Source of the DNA: Mantamonas sphyraenae STR306
Lineage: Eukaryota > Protista > CRuMs
Direction: 5' to 3'
DNA length: 64,000 nucleotides
Assembly: GCA_026936335.1 (NCBI GenBank)
Contig: JAPMXV010000074.1
Location: 124,001-188,000, forward strand
Shown: positions 55,501 through 64,000 of the stretch, piece after piece
How the letters are laid out: each line of letters begins with the position of its first letter
Position numbering within the stretch: the stretch's first letter is position 1
Translations under genes and position numbers: made by a program
Notes under the pieces: generated by a model
What the model was told of the DNA's origin: nothing
Database searches by the model: none
Seen by the model: only the letters and a program-made list of their open reading frames with translations

Positions 55501-58500
55501 TGGTTTCCGGCTGCACGTTTTCCACGACAATGGAGGCGGTGTCGCCGAGGTCGAGATTGCGCAGGGGCAGGTTGTACGGCGTGGCAGGCGTGTACCCAGC
55601 AGGCGGCGACAGCACAAGGGCATAGGCCACGGTGCCATCCACCACGGTGTCGTCCACCCCTTGCACCGTCACCGATTGGAGCACATTCCAGTTGGCGGTG
55701 GTGAAGCGCAGCGTGGCGGTGCTGTTGACCAGCGTGCCCTCGGTGGGATCGCTCACCACTGCCGACACGTCAAAGGGCGACACGGAGGGCGGTTCCACAA
55801 GCTGCACCTGCACCACAATGGCAGCACCGCCCTCGCTCGTGGCATCGTTGCTCGCATGGGCCACAATCACACTGTCGCCCGATGGCACCACCTTGCGCAC
55901 CTCCACCGTCTCGGCTGCCAATCCGCCGTACCGCGGGTCGGTGCTCACCACGGGCCCAATCGTCACACTGCCAAACGCAATGCCACCCACCACCGCACGC
56001 GGGCGGATGGCGCTGCTTCTGGTGGACGTGGTCGTGTCCACCAACGCATGGTACAGCGTCTGCCGAGGGGATGAGGTTGAGGACGAGGTTGTTGTTCCCT
56101 GATGCCCGAGTGGCACGTTGACACTCTGTGCGGGGCCACTGGTCGCCGTGAGGGTGACGAGCACGGGCACGTTCCAGTTGGCAAGGGTAAAGTCGTGGCT
56201 GGTGACGGAGGAGGTGACCACGTTGACATTGGCCACACTGATGGGCACACGCACCGTGGCCGTGGGCTGCGACGTAAGCACCATCAGAAACTGGGCCGGA
56301 CGCGTGGGTGTGGCAAACTGCGGCGTGAGCCAGGTGATGTTCAGGGCCGAGGCATCCTGGTCGCTGTTGATCACCTGCACACGACGCATCTTGAGGTTGT
56401 ACTTGGGATCCGTGGTGAGACAGGGCCCAAACAGCACGTGGACCACCACGGCGCCATCGTTGAGCGTGTCCGGCACCGAGTTGAGCACAACGGCCTGGGT
56501 CACGTTCCAATTGGCGGCGGTAAAGGTGAGCTCGGCCCTGTCCACCGCAAGTTCGCTGGGGTCGTAGTTGATGACGGGCATGCGCACGTCGGCCACAGGC
56601 TCACTCTCCAGCCGCACGTACATCTCCAGGGTGGTGCCCGACTCGCTGGTGCGCATGTTGGCCAACGATCCGTTGCGGCTGAGCAGAAAGATGCCCGCGG
56701 TGTCGTCGTCCTCGTTGACCATGCGGATGGGAGGCACACTGAGCTGGTGGTACGGCGTGCTTGTGCTCGACGTGCTCACCTGCAGCCGGTAGTACTGCGA
56801 GCCGTCGTCCACCCAATCGTTGACCCCACGCACGGCAATGCTCTTGTACGTGTTCCAATCCGCCGGACTGAAGGTCATGCTGCCCGGTGCCACCACCATG
56901 CCCTCGTTCACGTTGTCGCTGCTCATCGACACCGTCACGCCACTCTGCGGGGCACTGATCAGCCGGCAGCGCACGTAGGCAATCTCGCCCGTCTCGCTGG
57001 TGGGATTCGTCGGATCAAGGCACGTCAGTCCCGCGGGGTCGTTGTCCAGGTTGATCATGGCCACGCTGGCACTGATGCCCTGGTACGCGGCGTCCGACGA
57101 GGCGGCGGCGCCCAACACCACGCTGTAGGTGATGTTGCCATCGGTGATCTGGTCGTCCACACCCGTGACCGTCACACTCTGGCGCACGTCCCAGTTGGCT
57201 GGCGTAAACACCAGCGAGGAGGGCGACACACTGCCCTCGGCCGGGTTGGACGAGCGCACAGGCAGCGTCACGTCGTGGGTGGGCCGCGAGCGCAACGAGG
57301 CCTGAAAGGTTTGCGCGCGGCCGTTTTCGTCGGTAACGCCCGGGGCGGTGTTGAAGAAGAGGACGCCCGGGACGTCGTTGTCCATGGCGGCCATGTTGAC
57401 ACTCTGTGTGAGGGTGGCATACTCGTGCCCCGTGCCGTTGGCCGGGCCGACCACGGCGGTGGTGAGGATGGTGCCGTCGGCGACGAGATCGTCGACGGCA
57501 ATGGCCTCCACGTGTTGCGGCGTGGCCCAGTTGGCCGTGGTGAACACGAGGGTGTCGGGCGACAGGGCCACTTGGTTGGGTGCCTGGCTGGCCACACGCA
57601 CCCACAGCGGCGACACCGTGGGTTGTGTGAGCAGGGACACCTGGAACGATCCGTTGGCGCCGCCCTCGGTCATGTTCAAGGAACGGGTGACGGTGACGTT
57701 GTAGCCCGCGGTGTCGTCGTCGGTGTTGATCACGTACACGGGTGTGCTCTGCATGTCGCGAAAGTTTGCGTCGGTGCTGTTGAGCGGTGCAAACTGCAGG
57801 GTGTACGCCACGTCGCCGTCGTCCATGGGGTCATCCACGCCCGTGAGGGTCACCGTGCGTGTGGTGCCAATGGCTTCGGCGGGCACAAAGCGTACGCCTC
57901 CCTCGGGTGCCACGCGGCCTTCGGTGGCGTCGCTCACCGTGTAGGCCACCACCACGTCGGCCACAGCGGCCACAGGCGACACCAGGCGCACCGTGAACGA
58001 CGCCGAGCCGCCGGCTTCCGTGGTGGACAGTGCCGTGGCCGGGGTTTGGCCACCCGAGACGACAAAGTGAGGGCAGCCCGGCAGCTGGGTCTTGGTCCAG
58101 CCTGTGGCGCAGGCAATGCCCTGGAAGTACGGGTGGGTGGAGTTGCCCTGTGCACACTGGCGCGTGGTGGGACACCATCCACACTCTGGGTTTGCGGTGC
58201 AATTCCAGCACGACGTGCGTTGCCTGCAGTCGGTGCACGCCGTGTTGTTCCACACGGGACACGTCACCTCCAGCAGGGAGAACGGCCCGTTGGCGTCGCC
58301 CTGGTAGCATTTGCGTGTGCTCTCGCACCACCCACAGCCCTCGGTGGCATTGGCCAGGCATCCGCCGCAGGTGGTGTAATTGCACTTGGGCCCGCGGCCC
58401 CAGTTGCCCTCGAGCAACGGCGATTGCGAGCGCGACGGAAAGCTGGTTTCCGCCTTGTCCAGCAGGTTGCCCGTGACATTGACGTGCCACACGCCAATCT

Positions 58501-60815
58501 GAGGCGGGGTGGCAGCTGTGGCAACAATGGTGATGTCCAACGCAGAGTCGCTGAACCAGCTGCCCCTGTAGTCGGCGCCGGGGGGTGTCAGGAACGACAG
58601 CAGGGCGTCGAGTTCGGCCTTGGTGGTTGCCGGCGGACGGTTGGTGGCCTCGGAAAAGGTGACACGGATGACGTCGTGCTTGCCGTACACGGAATCGAGG
58701 TCGTACAGATCCATGGCGGTGAGTCGCAGGATGGTGGGGCCTGCCTTGTTGCCCCAGGTGCCTGTGACCGGAGCCGACGTGAACGCCGAGGGCGACGTGG
58801 TGCCCGACGGGTCTGTCAGCCCGCCACTGGCCTTGGATGTCACTGTGAGGGTGCCCACCACGGGCGGAGCGGCGCCAGCCACATTGACCATGGTGATGCG
58901 CAGCACGCTGTCGCTGATCCAGTTGCCCGTGTAATCTGTGCCCAACGATTGCGAAAAGGTAAACAGGGCGTCCAGTTGCGCCTTGGTGGCCGCCGGTCGT
59001 CGGTTGGTGACCATGTTGAAGGACAGCGTGAGGGTGTCGCCTGCGTCAAACTTGACGCTGCTGTCGTCGGGATCGGCGGCCACGACGCTGACAAAGTTGG
59101 GGCCCGGCTTGACGCCCCAGTTGCCCAGGAGGACACCACTCTGGGTGATGGCCGGCTGCGAGGTGAGGGCCTGGTTGAGAATGCCCCCGGCAAACTTGGG
59201 GGTCATGGTGAAGGAGCCGATGGGTGGGGTGCCTGCGCCGGCAATGTTGGTGATGGTGATGCGCAGGTGGGAGGCGGTGACCCACACGCCCGTGTAGTCT
59301 GTGCCTAGGTTGGCGCTGAAGGAGAACAGAGTGTCCAGGTCGCCCTTGGTGGAGGCTGTCTTTTGGTTGGTGGCCTCGCTCCAGTACACGTCGATGACGT
59401 CGCCGTTGTCGTAGTTCACATTGCCGTTGTCCGGGTCGCTGGCCGTGATGTTGCTGATCAGCGGGCCCGGCTTGGTCCACTGGTAGCTCCACAGTTCGTT
59501 GTCCACGGCCTCATTGCTCAGGCGGCCACCGTGCAGGTAAAGGAACATGCCATTGCGAATAAAGGTGAAGCGGTGGCGTGCCGAGGGCCGTGCGGTGGTG
59601 GACGGTTCCAGGTACTCCCAGACCACGGTGTCGAGATTGAGGCGCCACAGATCGTTGAACACCAGGCTGGCACTGGCGTTGGTGTACTTGCCGCCATACA
59701 TGTACATGTAGTTGCCTGCCCAGGGTGGCCTTGTGGCCGAAGCGTGCGTGGGGCCAGGTGCCGGTGACGTTGTGTCGGATGAATGCGTTGGATGTCTTTT
59801 CGTAGTGCCACACCTCATTGTCGGGTCGCACCAGGTCCTTGCGGAAGCCCCCAAACAGCCAGGGCTTCTGGTTGTACACCACCAGGGCGCAGTCGTACCT
59901 TCGCTCGGGCCACGGATCCGTCAGTGGGCGGTCGATGTACGTAAAGGCGTCGTTGAGCGAGGTGACGTCGTCGCCAATGGTAAAGTCGTAGGTGTAAAGG
60001 TCGTCCTTGGCGTCGCCCTGCGGAGTTTGGCCGCCAAAGATCCAGACAACCGTCCCGCCTTCCTCGGCGTACGAACACGACGACGTCCAGGCCATTTTGC
60101 TGGGTCGCTTCTGGGCCCACGAATTGCTGGCAATGTCGTAGTGATACACTGTGGTGGAACCCGACCCCAATTCCGTCACAAACATCTTGCCGTTGACCAC
60201 GTGGGCGATGTGGTCGCGGGTGGCCGTCGGCACCGTTCCCGCCGCGGTGGCCTGCTTGAAGAAGCGGTCGGGGCTCGTGGTGATTGTGTATGCGTACATG
60301 TCCGAACTGGCGGTGGCCGTGCCTCCAAAGTAGTACAGGACGTCGTTGTGGACGGCCACGGTGCCGGAGGAGAGCGACGGAAGCGCAGCCAGCGGGCCTG
60401 GCGTCAGTTGCGTCCATCCCTTGAACACTGCGCGGAATTTGGGGCATGCAGGGGCGTGGCGTGTGTGTACCACAGGTGTTGGTGGTGGTGTACACCGTGG
60501 GCCATGGTGACGGGTGTGGGGACAACGTGTGAGCGTACGGGGAGCGTCGGTGCATTCCGGAGCCGGAGCTGCAACGGTTTTGCGCGCGCCGGAGCCGAGC
60601 GCGCCAAAGGACAACGACACCGCATGGGCGACGGCACTTGGAACGACACGGCCTCAACCAGAAAGTGGGCAATGGCAGTGGGCGGACACCAAAGAGATGA
60701 AACACGTACCTGCATGTGTGCAAGGGAGGAGGCCGAGAAGGAGGAGCAGCCAAGCAAAATGGACGGATTTCGCACTTCGGCTTGAGCGACAAGCGGATGT
60801 GTGCGGTCGCAGCAT
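52577..60815 (-). CDS. Giant cell-surface multi-pass receptor-like protein: signal peptide, kelch propeller, 3 beta-sandwich repeats, 2 PSI, 8 Calx-beta/cadherin-like repeats, IPT/TIG, Cys-rich, multi-TM; apparent 1-nt frameshift at ~59720
   Basis: Exon 1 60815-60710 (MLRPH...FAWLLLLLGLLPCTHA), intron G|GTACGT...GCAG|, exon 2 from 60427. Kelch motifs LYYFGG, WIFGG, WLFGG, YMYGG. PSI motifs CGGCL...CGWCESTRKC. Repeats FTxANW...VTGVDD..DG..Y. Cys-rich CGAGYKGLFCGSCTDGYY. At least seven hydrophobic helices. ORFs 59511-60620 and 52577-59854 join if one G of CTGGGCA is removed. Confidence 0.8.
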
Positions 60816-60957
60816 GGCAAAGCAAATGGATGAGAGTTGGCGAGCGGGTTGTGGATAAGATAGATAAGAGGGAGAGGGTGCGATGGGAGGAGAGTGCAAT
60901 TGCCAGTGCCGTCCGGGGGGGTTTCAGGTAGAGTTGCGCGGGTCGGGGCAGGGGCAG

Positions 60958-62130
60958 ATGACAACACGGCCTGGCTCGTCGAAGCCTGCAGGTGGAGGGG
61001 AGCAAGAGACAGTGGAGGAAAAGGCAGAGATGTGGATGCAGCAACACGAATGGGTGCACAGGGAAACATGGACGTGTGCGTTTGGGGACAAGTGTGTGGT
61101 GTGTGGGTACAAGCTGCTGGTGGAACGCAGCGACGGCATGCCCGCGAACCGGCGACCGGAACAGTGTGTGCGAGTGGCACGTGAGGCGGCGCGGGAGGCG
61201 GAGGAGAACGAGGTCCACAGGGTGGTTGAGGCGGAGGAAACGAGTGGAAGGGAGTGGTTGGGTGCATACGAGGCCGGGCAGCGGATCCTGACGGTGGGCG
61301 AAGGCAACTTTTCGTTCTCGCTGAGCCTGGCGAAACGACTGTTTGGGCGCAAGAAGGCAGGTGGGCGATTGGTGGCAACGTCGTACGAGACGAGGGAGAG
61401 TGTGTGCAGTGTGTACCCGGATGGGGAGGAGATCCTGAGGGAGTTGGAGGAGTATGGGGTGTGTGTGGTGCATGGGATCGACGCACACGATCTGGAGAGC
61501 CAACGGGAACTTGTGGACGCGGAAGCACGCGGGTTCCATCGCATTGTGTTTAACTTTCCGTGCATTGCACGGGGAGGAAACATCCAACCGGGCCAGGATG
61601 GGCAGGTGGACGAGCTGGAAGTGAATCGAGAGCTGGTGCGGAGTTTGCTGGCACGTGGACAGGCGCTGTTGTGTCGAGGCGGTGAGATACACGTGAGCCA
61701 CAAGTCGATTGCGCCGTTTTCGTTCTGGGGCATCCATGGACTTGCGGATGAGGCTGCGACAGACCTACGCTGGGTGGGACGGCTGGTGTTTGATCGCACC
61801 TGCTTCCCGGGCTATGTCAACAAGAAGGCACTGGACAAAAAGTCGTTCCCGGCCAGCGACGCACGCGTGCACGTGTTTGCGCTGCCGTGGGTGGTCGACG
61901 TGGCGGAAAGCCATGACGACGGGGTCAGCAACACGTTGGCAGATTGGTGGAGGGAGGCAGCAGAGGAGGAGGAGGAGGAAGGTGAGGAGCAGCAGCAACC
62001 GTTGTGTGTGCGTGTAACGGATGGGATGCGCAGGGCGTTGAGGGAGCAGATGGTGGGGTTGGCTGTGCGAGGCGGGAAGCAAAACAACCGCAGGCGGGAC
62101 AGGCGGGACCATGGCGGACGACGAGGATGA
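60958..62130 (+). CDS. DUF2431 / Bmt5-like rRNA (uridine-N3) methyltransferase domain protein
   Basis: RILTVGEGNFSFSLSLA, LVATSYE, VVHGIDA, FHRIVFNFP, NRELV, GEIHVSHK and FPGY. Confidence 0.85.
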   Translation: MTTRPGSSKPAGGGEQETVEEKAEMWMQQHEWVHRETWTCAFGDKCVVCGYKLLVERSDGMPANRRPEQCVRVAREAAREAEENEVHRVVEAEETSGREWLGAYEAGQRILTVGEGNFSFSLSLAKRLFGRKKAGGRLVATSYETRESVCSVYPDGEEILRELEEYGVCVVHGIDAHDLESQRELVDAEARGFHRIVFNFPCIARGGNIQPGQDGQVDELEVNRELVRSLLARGQALLCRGGEIHVSHKSIAPFSFWGIHGLADEAATDLRWVGRLVFDRTCFPGYVNKKALDKKSFPASDARVHVFALPWVVDVAESHDDGVSNTLADWWREAAEEEEEEGEEQQQPLCVRVTDGMRRALREQMVGLAVRGGKQNNRRRDRRDHGGRRG

Positions 62131-63847
62131 GTGGGTGCAGGAGGTGGACGAGTGGGAAGATGACGCCCTGTTGGACGACGGCGTGGAGGAGATTGGATGG
62201 TCTGTGTCGAGTTTCCATCAGCAGGAAGAGGCAAAGGGCAAGCAGCAGCGGGCAAGCAGCAGCAGCAGCAGCCGCAGCCACAGCGCAAGGTTAGGCGGGC
62301 GACCGGCGTCCTCGGGAGGATTCCGAGGCCGAAAGGGGGTTCCGTCGCATTTTGCACGGAACAAAGCAATGTCGAGCGTGAGCAACAGGCAATGGGCAGA
62401 GCGACGTGGGCCACACGGGAGCACCAAGGTGGGGGCGGGCTCGATGGCGGGAAAACGGCCGCAAACGGCCGCGGGCATACGTCCGCCACGTGCAGACGGG
62501 AGGCAAAGTGGGTCGGGCACAGCAGGTGGGCAGCGATGGACGAGCATGGGTGAGGAATCAGGCGTGGGGAGCAGTGGGATGAGCAAAGAGCGGCCTGGAA
62601 GCGCATCGTTGGCGGCAAGGCTCAGCAGCAGTGGCCGGCAGCGGCCGCAGAGTGCAAGTGTGGGCTCGTCACGGCGTCGCATGAGCAGAGAATGGGTGTC
62701 TGTTGCAGAGATGAACGCAGTGATTGGGCAGTGTCTGCAAGGGAGGCAGGGGTGGAGCGAAGTTGGGGCGCTGGCCAAGTTGTTTGTGGCTCAGGAAGGG
62801 GCAGGTGCCATGCAAGGGTACGGCGCGGGTGGCGATGAGAGGGACATGGAGGCATTGGAGGAAGAGGAGGACGACCTGAGTGGACTGGTGCAGATGTTGT
62901 TTGTGAAAGAGTTGCGAGAGGACGACCAGGCCGGCCTGATGTTGGCTGTGCTTCGTACGCTGAAACTGTTGTTGCGCAAGGAGAGCAATCGGAACCAGTT
63001 TGGCGACCTGGGATTTGTGGGTGTGTTAAGTTATATGCGCAAGAGCCAAACGGAGGTTGGTGACGAGGAGGAGACGGAGACGGTGGTGGAACTGGACCGG
63101 AGGTTCGCACGGGAGTGTGCCGGGGTGCTGTTGAATGTGTGCCACAGCCACCGGAGGAATGTGGAGATTGCGGTGGAAGCTGGAGCGTTGGGCTGTCTGG
63201 TGGCCATGCTGGGGTGGCAGGGCCAGACAGAGGCGCAAGGCTGCGCTGCGGGAGCGTTACAAAGCATGTTTGTGCATAAAATGGCGCGACAAGAGCTGTT
63301 GAGCAAGGACGAGGTGGCAGACGAGGCAGTGAGCCAGTTGGTGAGGCTGATGACACAGGACGATGTGGAGGTGGTGGGGCTGCGTGCAGCAGGTGCGGTG
63401 CACAATCTGTCCGTGGAGCCGTCGAGCATCCGAGTGCTGCGTAGAGCGGGTGCGATTGTGCCGCTGTTGGGACAGGTGCATGGAAGAGGTGACGACAGCG
63501 GTGTGAACGAGGAACTGGTGACCTATGTGGCGGGCACGCTGCAAAACATGTCCCGTGAGGCAGAGAGCGCCGAGGAAATGCGTGCACATCACGGACAGAG
63601 CTTGCTGGCAGATGTGTTGATGGGCCCGTACGTGGAGGCACAGGTGTGTGCCACGGGGGCGCTTTTGAATCTGCTGGAGGAGGTGGTTGGGGAGGAGGTG
63701 GACGGCGGAGCGCGTGCGGCGTTGCGGTCGTTGTTGGTGTCTGCGTTGACGCTGGGCACTGTGTACCAAGGTCTGTGGGGCGACGATGGAGGTGAGGGTG
63801 GTGAGGGAGAGGATGGCAAAGGGTTGGGACATGACGACAGGGAATGA
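62111..63847 (+). CDS. Armadillo-repeat protein with disordered N-terminus
   Basis: ARM motifs VEAGALGCLVAML, AAGALQSM, AAGAVHNLS, RRAGAIVPLL, VAGTLQNMS and ATGALLNL. The ATG sits in an accATGG context; the exact start is uncertain. Confidence 0.8.
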   Translation: MADDEDEWVQEVDEWEDDALLDDGVEEIGWSVSSFHQQEEAKGKQQRASSSSSSRSHSARLGGRPASSGGFRGRKGVPSHFARNKAMSSVSNRQWAERRGPHGSTKVGAGSMAGKRPQTAAGIRPPRADGRQSGSGTAGGQRWTSMGEESGVGSSGMSKERPGSASLAARLSSSGRQRPQSASVGSSRRRMSREWVSVAEMNAVIGQCLQGRQGWSEVGALAKLFVAQEGAGAMQGYGAGGDERDMEALEEEEDDLSGLVQMLFVKELREDDQAGLMLAVLRTLKLLLRKESNRNQFGDLGFVGVLSYMRKSQTEVGDEEETETVVELDRRFARECAGVLLNVCHSHRRNVEIAVEAGALGCLVAMLGWQGQTEAQGCAAGALQSMFVHKMARQELLSKDEVADEAVSQLVRLMTQDDVEVVGLRAAGAVHNLSVEPSSIRVLRRAGAIVPLLGQVHGRGDDSGVNEELVTYVAGTLQNMSREAESAEEMRAHHGQSLLADVLMGPYVEAQVCATGALLNLLEEVVGEEVDGGARAALRSLLVSALTLGTVYQGLWGDDGGEGGEGEDGKGLGHDDRE

Positions 63848-63878
63848 ACGAATCGAGACTGCGCGGCCTCAGCCAGAG

Positions 63879-64000
63879 ATGGGCAAACACCGGAGCAAGG
63901 GCAAGGCGTCGCGACAGAAGCGAGCAGAAATGCTTGCACCGTACCGAAAGGTGACACAGGCGGAGCGGGAGGCGGCAGAGAGGCGTCTGCAAGAGCTAGA
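63879..64000 (+). CDS. 3'-partial CDS with basic N-terminus (MGKHRSKGKASRQKRAEMLAPYRK...)
   Basis: ATG at 63879, open to the window end. NLS-like basic start; too short to assign. Confidence 0.45.
   Translation, partial: MGKHRSKGKASRQKRAEMLAPYRKVTQAEREAAERRLQEL

Noticed and set aside
52523-59308. Large plus-strand ORFs (842 and 1068 aa; likewise 8745-11033)
   Set aside because: They are antisense to well-supported minus-strand genes, show no recognisable motifs, and are expected in GC-rich coding DNA.

Overview
Gene-dense, GC-rich eukaryotic nuclear DNA, most likely from a flagellated heterotrophic protist. It uses the standard genetic code and has sparse GT-AG introns, ciliary genes (AK9, WDR31) and a phage-type mitochondrial RNA polymerase. 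About 20 genes can be modelled. They include a partial RING+cNMP-binding protein, an ankyrin protein, MRPL15, a CNBD protein, AK9, a GPI-anchored orphan, a PH protein, WDR31, TBC1D20, a giant kelch/15-residue-repeat coiled-coil protein, TRMU/MnmA, a DUF1499 protein, POLRMT, a giant kelch-PSI-Calx-like multi-pass receptor (one frameshift), a DUF2431 protein and an ARM protein. The standout is 27.7-46.6 kb, a head-to-tail triplication of a ~5.6-6.5 kb cassette. Each copy carries an intact, intronless ANK-LRR-Roc-COR-coiled-coil (kinase-less Roco) gene. Their ankyrin arrays differ in length (6, 7 and 15 internal repeats) and vary mainly at the binding-surface positions randomised in engineered DARPins. 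The three Roco genes are mosaics of each other, whereas the flanking neighbour-gene fragments and an 81-bp junction filler are ~99-100% identical. Immediately upstream lies a spliced gene missed by the ORF track, encoding signal peptide + acidic pro-piece + strongly cationic amphipathic helix (FFRRIGRAFRRVGRFVGRVARGIGRVAGKV...), which resembles an antimicrobial or pore-forming precursor. Together these suggest a diversifying protist innate-immune or non-self recognition locus. That function is inferred, not shown. All family assignments come from motif recognition by eye; no database search was run.
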